Below the pieces are notes generated by a model, which made no database searches, was not told where the DNA came from, and saw only the letters and a program-made list of their open reading frames with translations. A program made the translations under genes and the position numbers. A stretch of DNA of 64,000 nt from Prevotella sp. UBA6994. Lineage in GTDB: Bacteria > Bacteroidota > Bacteroidia > Bacteroidales > Bacteroidaceae. Every line of letters begins with the position of its first letter. Positions within the stretch are counted from its first letter, which is position 1. The stretch lies in NCBI GenBank assembly GCA_002449845.1, contig DJXW01000019.1, positions 21,174-85,173 on the forward strand, in the 5' to 3' direction. This document shows, piece by piece, positions 54,563-64,000 of the stretch.

Positions 54563-55504
54563 ATGAATATGAAAAAGAAATTATTATTAGGACTTCCATG
54601 TGTGATAATTGTATTATTGGTATGTGGCTGTGGTACTAAAAAGTGGGGAATAACGTCTGCTGGTGAAAACTTATCTGCATTGACAAAAGTCACCGATAGC
54701 GAAGAAGATTGTTTTACTCCATTTGGTGGAGATAATGGAAAAGATTTGTTTTTTTCTGTAAGTGAAGGGAGTTTTTACAGCAATATATATAAAAAGGATA
54801 ATCCCTTTTCTGGGTCAATGAATCAAAAAACAAGTGGAAAGAATGAAAATACTTCACCCACTTATTGTGATTCTATAGATAAGATTGCTTTTAGTGGGAA
54901 GTTAGAAGGCGCTGGTTTAAAAGATATTTATATGATGAATAATACCCAAGGTAAAGCACTTTCTCAAGTAACAAATACCCCTGATGCAGATGAAGATTAT
55001 CCTTGTTTTAGTCCAGATGGGAAATTTCTCGTTTATGAAAAAAGACCAGAAAACTTAAGGGAAACTGGTAGTGAGATATGGCTGAGAAATATAGAGTCTG
55101 GAGAAAACATTATGCTTGGAAAAGGAAGAATGCCCTCTTTCTCACCAGATGGTAAAAGTATAGTTTTCGTGAAATATACAGCAGATGCTTCATATACTTG
55201 TCTATGGATAATGGGAATAGATGGAGATAACCAGATACAAGTAACAGACGCAAAGTTTGGCAAGGTCGGCCATCCTCGTATTAGTCCTGATGGAAAAAGG
55301 ATTGTTTTCGATTGTATCAAAAAGAAACAAAAGAAAGATTACGATTTGTATATAATTGATAAAGATGGAAATAATCTAACCCAACTCACAATTAATAAAT
55401 CGTATGACGGACAACCATATTGGACGAAAGATGGAAATATTTATTTCACATCAGATCGTGGAGGAAAAATTGGCCATTATCAAATATGGAGATTTAAACC
55501 TTAG
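54563..55504 (+). CDS. TolB-like beta-propeller lipoprotein (PD40 repeats)
   Basis: Lipobox LLVCGC. Repeated PD40 motifs: YPCFSPDGKFLVY, MPSFSPDGKSIVF, HPRISPDGKRIVF, QPYWTKDGNIYFTSDRGG. Confidence 0.85.
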   Translation: MNMKKKLLLGLPCVIIVLLVCGCGTKKWGITSAGENLSALTKVTDSEEDCFTPFGGDNGKDLFFSVSEGSFYSNIYKKDNPFSGSMNQKTSGKNENTSPTYCDSIDKIAFSGKLEGAGLKDIYMMNNTQGKALSQVTNTPDADEDYPCFSPDGKFLVYEKRPENLRETGSEIWLRNIESGENIMLGKGRMPSFSPDGKSIVFVKYTADASYTCLWIMGIDGDNQIQVTDAKFGKVGHPRISPDGKRIVFDCIKKKQKKDYDLYIIDKDGNNLTQLTINKSYDGQPYWTKDGNIYFTSDRGGKIGHYQIWRFKP

Positions 55505-55517
55505 TAGAAGGTAGATA

Positions 55518-56537
55518 ATGAAGAACTGTTACTTTTTAGTTTTAATTGCATTTTCGTTATTTTCTTGTAATATTGGCAAAACTAATCAAGAGAATGATAA
55601 GATGACAATGACAAATAAGGAATGGAATCCGCAGTCAGAGAGCAGCAAGATGTTGATGGAAATCTATGGTCTGCCTGCGGATTCCGTTAAGCTATTGGAG
55701 GAGGCTGCGAAGACACGGTATAGCTATTCCATCTATGACATGATAGACGATGAGGGAAATTTGGTATGGAAATATTCCGAAGATGACCCTTTCAAAACGG
55801 GAAATCTTAATTGTAGGGGTATCATGTTGACTGATACCATGATGTATCGTTTGGTAAATGATATGGTTCGCTTGCGTGATTATTATGAGGGGGATATGAA
55901 GGCGATGTATGACTGGCTGTGGCACGAGGAAATGATGAAGGAAATAGATACTTACTTAAAGACAACATATCCAAAGAAAAAGAAATTTGATTTTGGCGAT
56001 TATGAGCAGGTCATCTATGCGATGATCAATTATGTGTCTCCTTTGGCGGATGGTTATGATTATATGATGGGGGAAAATGCAGAAGTGTGTTATCATGCAA
56101 AATGCTTATTGCTTATCGAGGAATACAAGGAGGCAGTAAGACATTGTACTCATTCTCCAGAAGTAGCAAAGGCATACATGGAGGACTATCGCTTGTGGAT
56201 GGATGTCACTGAAGAACTGGTTAAACCAGACACTTCGGAGGGGCTTGGTACTTCATGGTATATGGCTTCATATATTAGCAGGGGGCAAATGGTTGATTTT
56301 AGATTGGAGTTTCTAAGAGATGAGACGTCGAAACTTTGGGAGGAGTCTGTATCTGATGATGATAATTTGATAATGGGGCAGTTTAAGTTTGACAATAAAC
56401 ATTCTGCTTTGTCAAAATGGTACAATATGCGAAATGCAGTGAAAGGAATGAAAGACTGCGTGTGGTATTCTAATACGACGAACAGTATTGTGAAAGAGTA
56501 TATGCGAAAAGAGAGTGAATTGATGCCAATGGTTTAA
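55518..56537 (+). CDS. Hypothetical lipoprotein
   Basis: Lipobox AFSLFSC. 339 aa, helical and rich in W/Y/M. No family recognised. Confidence 0.7.
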   Translation: MKNCYFLVLIAFSLFSCNIGKTNQENDKMTMTNKEWNPQSESSKMLMEIYGLPADSVKLLEEAAKTRYSYSIYDMIDDEGNLVWKYSEDDPFKTGNLNCRGIMLTDTMMYRLVNDMVRLRDYYEGDMKAMYDWLWHEEMMKEIDTYLKTTYPKKKKFDFGDYEQVIYAMINYVSPLADGYDYMMGENAEVCYHAKCLLLIEEYKEAVRHCTHSPEVAKAYMEDYRLWMDVTEELVKPDTSEGLGTSWYMASYISRGQMVDFRLEFLRDETSKLWEESVSDDDNLIMGQFKFDNKHSALSKWYNMRNAVKGMKDCVWYSNTTNSIVKEYMRKESELMPMV

Positions 56538-56591
56538 CCTCTGATGTGATATTATTTTCATGACAATTAATAAAAAATTCAAATTTTTTCG

Positions 56592-56599
56592 TAAATTTG
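56592..56599 (+). promoter_or_regulatory. Candidate -7 promoter box (TAAATTTG) for the kinase/regulator pair
   Basis: Matches TAnnTTTG, 21 bp upstream of the ATG at 56620. Confidence 0.35.
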
Positions 56600-56619
56600 C
56601 AAATCGCAAATAAATACTT

Positions 56620-58626
56620 ATGAAACAGATATTGGTAAAGGCTTTATTGGTGTTAGGTGTCGTGAGCGTTTTATTCTCTTGTAGTCAAGAGAAAGGGAAA
56701 TCACGTTTCAAAGCGGAATATGAGAGAGTGAGCGAGGCTGTGAGACAACAGAAACCAGAGGCAAGGGCATTGGTGGACTCTGCCTTGATGGCAGCGAAAG
56801 ACAGTATGACCTACTACTACTATTATTTTCTTTTGGGGTCGTTGTATATGTTGAATGCACCCGACTCTCTCTTGCCTTGTGCCGACCGTATCTTTCAGTT
56901 TGTCAAACGACAGGAACCATCGCCACATGTGAATGGAATTGCTGCCGGTGCGTATAACCTAAGAGCCAGCTACTACTATCTGTATCGTCAAAATACCGAG
57001 CAGATGCTGAAAGACAACATGGAGGCTTATCGTCTGTTTATGATAAGCGACCAGATTAATAATGCACCGGACATGTGCGCCAATATAGGGGATGTGTACA
57101 GGCAAGTGAACCAATTGCCTGATGCTGCCGCATGGTTTCGGAGAGCGTTGATATTGGCAGACTCCATCAACTTACCTAAGCGGAGGAGAAGCACGTATTA
57201 CATGGGATTGGGCGTGATTTATCAGATGCTGGAAGACTACAAACTCTCTGAGGAATATTTTGCCAAGACGAAAGAAAGCTATGACAGTATGCAAGTGAAC
57301 ATGAAGTTGACGTTTCTCAACAACTATGGCAACCTGCAATACTACAAGAAAGACTACGTAAAGGCTTTGGCGGTGTTTCAGGAAATGGACAGCGTCATTG
57401 GAGCCTACAACCTGCGAGGTGGTTTTGAGGACTATCTGTGTAGGTTGAATTTGTCTGATGTGTTACAGAACTTAGGGAGAACCAGCGAGTCGCTTACATG
57501 TCTGGCTCCAGCGGATAGTTTCTTCCGTGCCAAGCAGGTGAACGATGCGGTGTATTATGCCAATACCATTCGTATAGCTAATGCGCTGCAAAAAAATGAC
57601 TTGAAGACGGCGGGAAACATCATTGCTACGGAGCCCAAGAATCTGACATCTGACGAGAACATGCTCGACATACGTAACCGCTACTTGCATGCCTATTACC
57701 TAAAGGTGAATAACATACCATTGGCAAACTACTATGAACGACAGCGTCAAATACGCAGAGATTCCATAGACGAAAAGCAGGAGCACATGCGCGCAAAAGA
57801 CATCGTGTCGAGACTGACCATTGACACGCTTACCCTACACAACCAATTGCGGATGGAGGAGAAAAATGCCGTGATAGAACGCAACTGGTTGGTGTCTGCC
57901 ATCGTGGTGAGTGTCGTTCTGTTTATAGCATTGGTAATGCTTATCTGGATTCTGTATCTGAGAAAGAGAAATGCCGACAAGCAACAGGAAATCATGAATC
58001 TGAAAATGACCAACATGAAGAATGTCATTACTCCGCACTTCACGTTTAACGTGCTGAAACATGCCATGACCTTCGAAGACGTACATGATGCAGAGAATAG
58101 CATAAGAGGGGTCATTAGGCTCATGCACGCTCAGGTGGACATAGCCAAGCAGATGCTTGTGACATTAGACAAAGAGATGGAATTTACGCAAGAATACGTG
58201 TCATTGGCTAAATCTACGATAGGGGAAAACTTCACCTTTTATGTGGAGGTACCGAGCAAGAAAGACATGGACACCCGTATGGTGCCTTCTACCTTTATCC
58301 AAATATTGGTGGAGAATGCCATCAAGCATGGACTGAAAGGACTGGATAGAGAGAAGGAACTCAACGTCAAGATATCAGTGAACGACAGCCAAACCATCAT
58401 AGAGGTGACTGACAACGGACGAGGGTTTGACATACGTGACCAGTCTGACCAGTACAAGAATGCCAGTACGGGAACGGGGTTGCGCGTGATACAAAACACG
58501 ATTGACTATTACAACAAGAAAAATCATGGTGGAATGGCATTCGATATCGTGAATATCAAAGATAAGGAGGGCAAGGTTTGTGGATGTCAGACTACCCTTG
58601 TCATTCCTGCTATCATTAAATCTTAA
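56620..58626 (+). CDS. TPR-containing LytS/YehU-type sensor histidine kinase
   Basis: Signal/lipobox-like N-terminus, TPR-like repeats, TM WLVSAIVVSVVLFIALVMLIWILYL, His_kinase motif ITPHFTFNVLKH, and an HATPase region (ILVENAIKHG, DNGRGF, GTGLRV). Confidence 0.88.
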   Translation: MKQILVKALLVLGVVSVLFSCSQEKGKSRFKAEYERVSEAVRQQKPEARALVDSALMAAKDSMTYYYYYFLLGSLYMLNAPDSLLPCADRIFQFVKRQEPSPHVNGIAAGAYNLRASYYYLYRQNTEQMLKDNMEAYRLFMISDQINNAPDMCANIGDVYRQVNQLPDAAAWFRRALILADSINLPKRRRSTYYMGLGVIYQMLEDYKLSEEYFAKTKESYDSMQVNMKLTFLNNYGNLQYYKKDYVKALAVFQEMDSVIGAYNLRGGFEDYLCRLNLSDVLQNLGRTSESLTCLAPADSFFRAKQVNDAVYYANTIRIANALQKNDLKTAGNIIATEPKNLTSDENMLDIRNRYLHAYYLKVNNIPLANYYERQRQIRRDSIDEKQEHMRAKDIVSRLTIDTLTLHNQLRMEEKNAVIERNWLVSAIVVSVVLFIALVMLIWILYLRKRNADKQQEIMNLKMTNMKNVITPHFTFNVLKHAMTFEDVHDAENSIRGVIRLMHAQVDIAKQMLVTLDKEMEFTQEYVSLAKSTIGENFTFYVEVPSKKDMDTRMVPSTFIQILVENAIKHGLKGLDREKELNVKISVNDSQTIIEVTDNGRGFDIRDQSDQYKNASTGTGLRVIQNTIDYYNKKNHGGMAFDIVNIKDKEGKVCGCQTTLVIPAIIKS

Positions 58627-58644
58627 ACAATTGAAAGGAAAATA

Positions 58645-59406
58645 ATGATTAATACTGTTATTATAGAAGACGACGACAACGACTTGAAAGAATTGGTGAA
58701 GAGTCTGTCGCAATATCCGCAAATCAAAATCGTAAGCACTTGTAACAGTGGGGAGAAAGGGCTTGCTGCCATGACCAAGTTCGACCCCGACTTGCTGTTT
58801 CTTGACATTGAGATGCCGGGAATGTCGGGTATGGAGTTCTTGGAAAACTTGGGCGCAAATATCTTCAACAAATGTCGTGTGGTCATTTACACGGCTTTTG
58901 CCCATTATGCCGTGGAGTCTTTTCGCAGACATGCGTTCGATTACCTCACTAAACCTATCGACAACCAAGAACTTGATGAAATCATTCGCAGAGTAGAAAG
59001 CTCGTTGGATAATCCCATTGGAGGTGAGGAAGGAAGCGTTGCCCGTGCGGAGAAAGAACTCATACTGCTTTTTGAAGGGAATGAGTTGATGGTGCTGAGG
59101 TTACGTGATATTGCTTACTTTCAATACGACGGCAAGGAGAGAGTGTGGACTGCTTACTTCGCAAATCATTCGGATGACAAAGCAATAGATTGCTGTAACT
59201 TGAAACATACGGTATTGGCATCAGACATCTTGCGATTGTCAACGCAGTTCGTACAGGTACACAGAAAGTATATCGTGAATATCTTTTACATCAAGTCGGT
59301 GAGAAACGGTGTCTGCTCATTCTATCCTCCCTTTGAAAATATAGAGGGTATTAACGTGAGCTATAAGTATCGAAGACGATTATTGGAGCAGTTTGCGAAT
59401 ATATGA
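58645..59406 (+). CDS. LytTR-family response regulator
   Basis: REC domain (IIEDDDND...DLLFLDIEMPGMSG...VIYTAF) and a C-terminal LytTR domain (FVQVHRKYIVNIFYIKSV). Confidence 0.9.
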   Translation: MINTVIIEDDDNDLKELVKSLSQYPQIKIVSTCNSGEKGLAAMTKFDPDLLFLDIEMPGMSGMEFLENLGANIFNKCRVVIYTAFAHYAVESFRRHAFDYLTKPIDNQELDEIIRRVESSLDNPIGGEEGSVARAEKELILLFEGNELMVLRLRDIAYFQYDGKERVWTAYFANHSDDKAIDCCNLKHTVLASDILRLSTQFVQVHRKYIVNIFYIKSVRNGVCSFYPPFENIEGINVSYKYRRRLLEQFANI

Positions 59407-59407
59407 T

Positions 59408-59484
59408 AGAAGCAAGAAGCAGGAAGCAGGAAGCAAGAGATTAGAGGTGAGGGGTGAGGGGTGAGAGGTGAGGAGTGAGTGGTG
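59408..59484. repeat. Heptanucleotide tandem array (AGAAGCA family switching to AGGGGTG family, 11 units)
   Basis: agaagca agaagca ggaagca ggaagca agagatt agaggtg aggggtg aggggtg agaggtg aggagtg agtggtg. The first family is the reverse complement of the arrays at 36651 and 37121. Confidence 0.95.
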
Positions 59485-59490
59485 AGATAT

Positions 59491-59528
59491 AAAAAAACGA
59501 GGGCATTGTTCTTGCCCTCGTCTTTTTT
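59491..59528. terminator. Bidirectional rho-independent terminator
   Basis: AAAAAAA-CGAGGGCA-ttgttct-TGCCCTCG-TCTTTTTT between the convergent regulator gene and lpxA. Confidence 0.75.
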
Positions 59529-59542
59529 ATGAAATGAGCCAA

Positions 59543-60325
59543 TTACATCTTTCCGATGATTCCGGCATGGGTGGAATTGATGAAATTGACGATGTTGCGA
59601 ATCTCTATACTATCAGGTACCTGGTCATTGATTTGCAGTATAGCATCAAAAAGACTGTTCTGTCCATTGAAAACCAAGCGATAGGCATTGGCAATATGCT
59701 TCTGTACCTTCTCGCTGATACCGTAAGAGGTCATCATGGTACAGTTGATTCCACTGAAACGCACGGGTTTTCCTCCAGCGATGATGTATGGAGGAACATC
59801 CTTGGAGAATGTCGTTCCAGCCTGAATCATGGCACCTTCACCAACACGAGTCTTGGCATTCTCGATAACGCTTGAAGAGAAGATTACTCCATTGGCAATC
59901 TCACAATCGCCCGCAATCTTCGTACCGTAACCAAACACGCAATGGTCGGCAACCTTTGTGTCATGACTGATGTGAGCACCCTCCATGAGGAAGTTGTCAT
60001 TGCCGATGACCGTTTGGCAACCTCTGTTGGTAGCCCTGTTGATGACTACATTCTCACGGATGATGTTATTATCGCCAATAATGAGTTCACTCTTCTCACC
60101 ACGAAACTTGAAGTCTTGTGGCAAAGCACCCAATACCGAACCTTGATGAATCTTGTTGTGCGCTCCCATGCGAGTACCGTTCAGGATGCTCACGAATGGG
60201 AATATGATGCAATTGTCTCCAATGACTACATCATCTTCGATATAGACGAAAGGAAAGATCTTGCAGTTGTTGCCGATTCTCGCTTTAGGAGAAATCTCAG
60301 CTCTTGGACTTATTTCGCTTGCCAT
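59543..60325 (-). CDS. lpxA: Acyl-ACP--UDP-N-acetylglucosamine O-acyltransferase
   Basis: 260 aa. Left-handed beta-helix hexapeptide repeats (IGNNCKIFPFVYIEDDVVIGDNCIIFPF...), then the LpxA-type helical C-terminus (GINCTMMTSYGISEKVQKHIANAYRLVF). Confidence 0.85.
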   Translation of the reverse strand: MASEISPRAEISPKARIGNNCKIFPFVYIEDDVVIGDNCIIFPFVSILNGTRMGAHNKIHQGSVLGALPQDFKFRGEKSELIIGDNNIIRENVVINRATNRGCQTVIGNDNFLMEGAHISHDTKVADHCVFGYGTKIAGDCEIANGVIFSSSVIENAKTRVGEGAMIQAGTTFSKDVPPYIIAGGKPVRFSGINCTMMTSYGISEKVQKHIANAYRLVFNGQNSLFDAILQINDQVPDSIEIRNIVNFINSTHAGIIGKM

Positions 60326-60342
60326 AATATACAGAATTTAAT

Positions 60343-61728
60343 TTATTTTGCTCCTCCACCGAGTGCTTGATAAAGGTTCACTACGGCTTGCATCTTATAG
60401 AAATCATCAGAAACCTTAGAGATTTCAGCATTGAGAAGGTTCGACTGAGCGGAGATAATCTCCAGATATGTCGTTGAGTTCAAGCCGTATGATGCTTTCG
60501 TGTCAATCACGTTTTGGCGTAGTACGGCGATTTGCTTTTCTTCAATCTTACTCTTTTCTTCACTGGAATTGTATTGTACCAAAGCGTTAGACACTTCGTT
60601 GCCAGCCTTGAGAATCGTGTTTTGCCACGTGTTGTAAGCTTTTTCGTATTGCATCTTAGCCACTTTCAATCCAGCTACAATCTGACCATGTTGGAAAATG
60701 GGTTGTACAAGACTTCCCACGGCAGAAAGAAGAATCTTACCGGGATTTACCAAACCATTGTTATTGGTAAATGCACCTGTTCCAGAGATGGTGATGTTGG
60801 GATAGAAACGAGAACGTGCCACATTGATGTCGTAGAAACACTGAGCCAAGGACAGTTCTGCTGCATGAACATCGGCACGATTGTTCAGTAACTGAATACC
60901 TACACCCGTACTGAACTTAGTAGGCAACTGTTGGTTTTCCAGTTTTCCACGTTCAATGGCGTGAGCAGGTTCACCCATCAACAAGGTAAGTGAATTCTCC
61001 ATTTCCCTGATCTGGCGTTTCAAGTCCACCGCATTGGCTTGTACGGAGAGGTGGCTTGCCTCTGCGCTCTGCACAGCCGTAGAACGGTAACCAATACGAG
61101 TGTCTTTCAACAACTTCATACGTTCCCACGTCTGTTTGGTCAGTTCAGACATCTCGTCGATGATTTCCACCTGACGGTCAAGCATCAGCAATGTATAATA
61201 TAGGTTGGCTACACCTGAGATGATATTGGCTTGTACTACGGTTTGGTAATCCTTGGTAGCCAACAACTGCATCTGAACACTACGCTTAGAGTTGAGGAGA
61301 TTGCCAAACAAATCCACGTTCCATGATGCGGATATAGGCAACGTATAAGCCTTGGTAGCCTTACCTCCATCGAAAGAGGAGAGGGTTCCCTGTGGTGAAA
61401 CAGCAACAGAAGGAAGGAATGCTAACTTAGCCACCTTCAGTTGTTCCTCAACCATCTTCACGTTCAGGGCAGCATTGAGCAAGTCGGCATTGTTGTTTAA
61501 TGCCTTCTCGATGAATCCTTGCAAGTAAGGGTCAGTAAACACCTCTCTCCACGGTAAGTTTCCAAATGAAGTAGTGTCGTTCACCTGTAGCGTATCAGTA
61601 AGTGAAACGGGGTCGCGATATAAACCTTCCGTGTTTACGTCTGGACGCTCATATTTTCCGTAAAGGCTTTTGCAGCTACTGAAAGCCACAGCAGCAAAGC
61701 CTAAGATGATAATATTGATTTTCTTCAT
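60343..61728 (-). CDS. Efflux transporter outer-membrane factor lipoprotein (NodT/TolC family)
   Basis: Lipobox AFSSC, two OEP repeats, and the C-terminal LYQALGGG motif. Confidence 0.9.
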   Translation of the reverse strand: MKKINIIILGFAAVAFSSCKSLYGKYERPDVNTEGLYRDPVSLTDTLQVNDTTSFGNLPWREVFTDPYLQGFIEKALNNNADLLNAALNVKMVEEQLKVAKLAFLPSVAVSPQGTLSSFDGGKATKAYTLPISASWNVDLFGNLLNSKRSVQMQLLATKDYQTVVQANIISGVANLYYTLLMLDRQVEIIDEMSELTKQTWERMKLLKDTRIGYRSTAVQSAEASHLSVQANAVDLKRQIREMENSLTLLMGEPAHAIERGKLENQQLPTKFSTGVGIQLLNNRADVHAAELSLAQCFYDINVARSRFYPNITISGTGAFTNNNGLVNPGKILLSAVGSLVQPIFQHGQIVAGLKVAKMQYEKAYNTWQNTILKAGNEVSNALVQYNSSEEKSKIEEKQIAVLRQNVIDTKASYGLNSTTYLEIISAQSNLLNAEISKVSDDFYKMQAVVNLYQALGGGAK

Positions 61729-61730
61729 GA

Positions 61731-64000
61731 TTATACCTCCACTTTATATTCAACAGGAGCACCGTGTGCATATTGTTCCAATTCGGCTTCCACCTCGTCA
61801 TTGACCTCGTCTTCAAACTTCATCGGACTGATCTTCTCTTGCAATGACTGGAAGATGACAAACAAGGCAGGAACGACGAATACCTGCAACAGTGTACCGA
61901 TAAGCATACCGCCCACGGCAGCAGCTCCCAATGTCTGGTTACCGTTTTTACCTACTCCGCTTGCAAACATCATTGGCAGCAAACCAATAACCATAGCAAG
62001 AGAAGTCATCAAGATAGGACGCAAACGTGCTGCGGCTCCCAATACGGCTGACCATGAGATAGCCATACCAAGTTGGCGGCGTTCCAATGCGAACTGTACA
62101 ATCAAGATGGCGTTCTTTGCCAACAGACCAATCAACATGATCAATGAAATCTGCATGTAGATGTCGTTGGAGTGACCGAACATCATGGTGAACAAGAATG
62201 CACCAGCCAAACCGAAAGGCACGGAAAGCACTACTGCCAAAGGCAAGATGTAAGACTCGTATTGAGCCGACAAGATGAGGTAAATGAACAAGAAGCAAAG
62301 CAAGAAGATGATAGCTGTAGAATTGCTTGATGCAGCCTCGCTTCGAGTCAGACCAGAGTAATCGTATGTGTAACCCGTTGGCAGATAGTCGGCAGCTACT
62401 TCCTGACAAGCCTTGATAGCCTCACCAGTAGAATAACCGTCGGCAACAGTAGCCGTCACGTTAATACTTGTAAACAGGTTGAAACGGTTGATGTTGGATG
62501 GACCATAGACACGCTCCAATGAACAGAACTCATTGATAGGCGACATTCCGTTAGGAGTGCGCACATACACGCTGTTGAGTGATTCCGGAGTCATACGTGT
62601 CTCGGGCGAACCTTGAACCATCACACGGTAGAGCTTACCGTAAGCGTTGAAGTTGGAAGCGTAAAGACCGCCATAGTAACCCTGCAAGGTAGTAAGTACG
62701 GTAGAGGGTGAAATGCCACTCTGCTTACACTTAGCCACGTCAACGTGTACCATGTACTGAGGATAGTTCGGGTTGTAAGAGGTCATAGCCATCTGAATCT
62801 CCGGACGTTTGTTCAGTTCTGCCAGATATTGCTGTACCACTTCAAAGAACTTATCCAATGAACCACCAGTACGATCTTGCATCACGAGCGAAACACCACT
62901 GTTGGCAGAGAAACCAGGAATCATTGGAGGAGCAAATGCCAATATCTTAGCATCTTTAATATGTGCTGTCTTGAGATAAATCTGTGCCAACACACCCTGT
63001 GCATCATACGGATTCAGGAAGAAACGATAGATGCCATCACCTTGCCACAAACCGGAGAGCTTCCACCAGAAACCTTTCTGACGTTCAGAGAATGGCTTCA
63101 GCTTGATGATAAACGTAGCCTGGTCACTACCAGCACCAGCGATGAAGTTGTAACCCTGTATCTGCTCACGGCTCTGAATGGCTGGATCGGCAGCCAAGAT
63201 AGAGTCCACTTGGTCGATAACCTTCGTGGTACGAGCCACTGAAGTTGCTGGAGGCATTGAAATAGTACAGAACAACGTACCCGTATCTTCATCGGGAACC
63301 AATCCTGTCTTTGTGGTTGACATGGTAATACCCAAAGCGGCAATACCGAGAACCACGGCGATTCCGATGGCGACAGGTTTGCGTACCAACTTCTCAACGA
63401 CATTTTTGTACTTGCCCAACACCTTGTCGTATGCTACGTTAAATGAGGTGTGGAATCTGTCGATACGAGACATCTTCACTTCTTTCCCATCTTTATCATG
63501 AGGCTTGAGGAAAATGGCACAAAGGGCAGGAGACAAGGTCAAGGCGTTCAAAGCCGAGATAAAGATACTCACAGCCATCGTCACACCAAACTCACGGTAG
63601 AACGTACCACTCGTACCACCGATAAACGACACGGGGATAAACACGGAAGCCATCACCAAGGTAATGGAGATAATAGCTCCAGAGATTTCGTTCATCGCAT
63701 CGATACTTGCCGTTAGCGAACTCTTGTAACCTTGGTCAAGCTTGGCGTGTACGGCTTCCACCACCACAATGGCATCATCCACCACAATGGCAATAGCCAA
63801 CAGCAAGGCTGAAAGCGTCAATAGGTTGATGGAGAAACCAAATACCTTCAAGAAGAAGAATGTACCAATCAACGAAACAGGAACTGCAATCAGCGGAATG
63901 AGCGTAGAACGGAAGTCTTGCAGGAAGATGTAAACCACCAAGAATACCAACAAAAGGGTCATCAACAACGTAAACACCACTTCCTCGATAGATGCGTAGA
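61731..64000 (-). CDS. RND efflux permease (AcrB/MexB family), N-terminus beyond the window end
   Basis: IAIVVDDAIVVVE, GTSGTFYREF, and 12-TM-type C-terminal half LSVPFGLAGAF...LIGLLAKNAILIV. The frame stays open to base 64000. Confidence 0.93.
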   Translation of the reverse strand, partial: YASIEEVVFTLLMTLLLVFLVVYIFLQDFRSTLIPLIAVPVSLIGTFFFLKVFGFSINLLTLSALLLAIAIVVDDAIVVVEAVHAKLDQGYKSSLTASIDAMNEISGAIISITLVMASVFIPVSFIGGTSGTFYREFGVTMAVSIFISALNALTLSPALCAIFLKPHDKDGKEVKMSRIDRFHTSFNVAYDKVLGKYKNVVEKLVRKPVAIGIAVVLGIAALGITMSTTKTGLVPDEDTGTLFCTISMPPATSVARTTKVIDQVDSILAADPAIQSREQIQGYNFIAGAGSDQATFIIKLKPFSERQKGFWWKLSGLWQGDGIYRFFLNPYDAQGVLAQIYLKTAHIKDAKILAFAPPMIPGFSANSGVSLVMQDRTGGSLDKFFEVVQQYLAELNKRPEIQMAMTSYNPNYPQYMVHVDVAKCKQSGISPSTVLTTLQGYYGGLYASNFNAYGKLYRVMVQGSPETRMTPESLNSVYVRTPNGMSPINEFCSLERVYGPSNINRFNLFTSINVTATVADGYSTGEAIKACQEVAADYLPTGYTYDYSGLTRSEAASSNSTAIIFLLCFLFIYLILSAQYESYILPLAVVLSVPFGLAGAFLFTMMFGHSNDIYMQISLIMLIGLLAKNAILIVQFALERRQLGMAISWSAVLGAAARLRPILMTSLAMVIGLLPMMFASGVGKNGNQTLGAAAVGGMLIGTLLQVFVVPALFVIFQSLQEKISPMKFEDEVNDEVEAELEQYAHGAPVEYKVEV

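Noticed and set aside
58375-58968. 197-aa minus-strand ORF spanning the kinase/regulator junction.
   Set aside because: It is antisense to two genes with clear HATPase and REC motifs.
1-64000. Search for defence systems, toxin-antitoxin pairs, prophage, integrative element or IS.
   Set aside because: No integrase, transposase, nuclease/helicase/ATPase combination or small overlapping toxin-antitoxin-like ORF pair was seen. The accessory character here rests on composition and repeats only.

Overview
The window looks like a chromosomal segment of a Bacteroidota genome, probably Bacteroidales and Prevotella-like. This is an inference from TAnnTTTG-type promoter boxes, T9SS C-terminal sorting domains, bamD-rpoZ-DUF4293 synteny and a TPP-riboswitch TonB-receptor/PnuT operon. 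I support about 50 CDS, one tRNA-Lys(CTT) and one TPP riboswitch. Most genes are housekeeping: xseAB, ilvE, smpB, metH, map, tsaD, purA, hisS, uvrB, bamD, rpoZ, feoAB, uvrA, lpxA and an RND efflux pump. I saw no transposase, integrase, phage gene, CRISPR array or recognisable defence system. Two compositionally deviant gene blocks stand out. One is a GC-rich block (about 1.0-8.5 kb) with an ECF sigma, an anti-sigma and two tandem STN-type outer-membrane barrels. The other is an AT-rich block (about 52.3-56.5 kb) encoding secreted, T9SS and lipoprotein products next to a TPR-LytS kinase/LytTR regulator pair. The most unusual signal is repetitive DNA rather than a gene cluster. (1) A palindromic element with 12-bp terminal inverted repeats is inserted in frame, in whole-codon lengths (111 and 180 bp), in two unrelated genes: a GH2 beta-galactosidase and the PnuT thiamine transporter. 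(2) Small CCCTCCC/GGGAGGG hairpins are inserted in frame in both STN barrel genes. (3) Heptanucleotide tandem arrays of at least three sequence families sit at five gene boundaries. (4) A noncoding element of about 0.3 kb is present in two copies, each with a conserved long hairpin and a phased array of GTAAC-N7-GTTAC palindromes. All functional readings of these repeats are hypotheses. No search or computation could be run.
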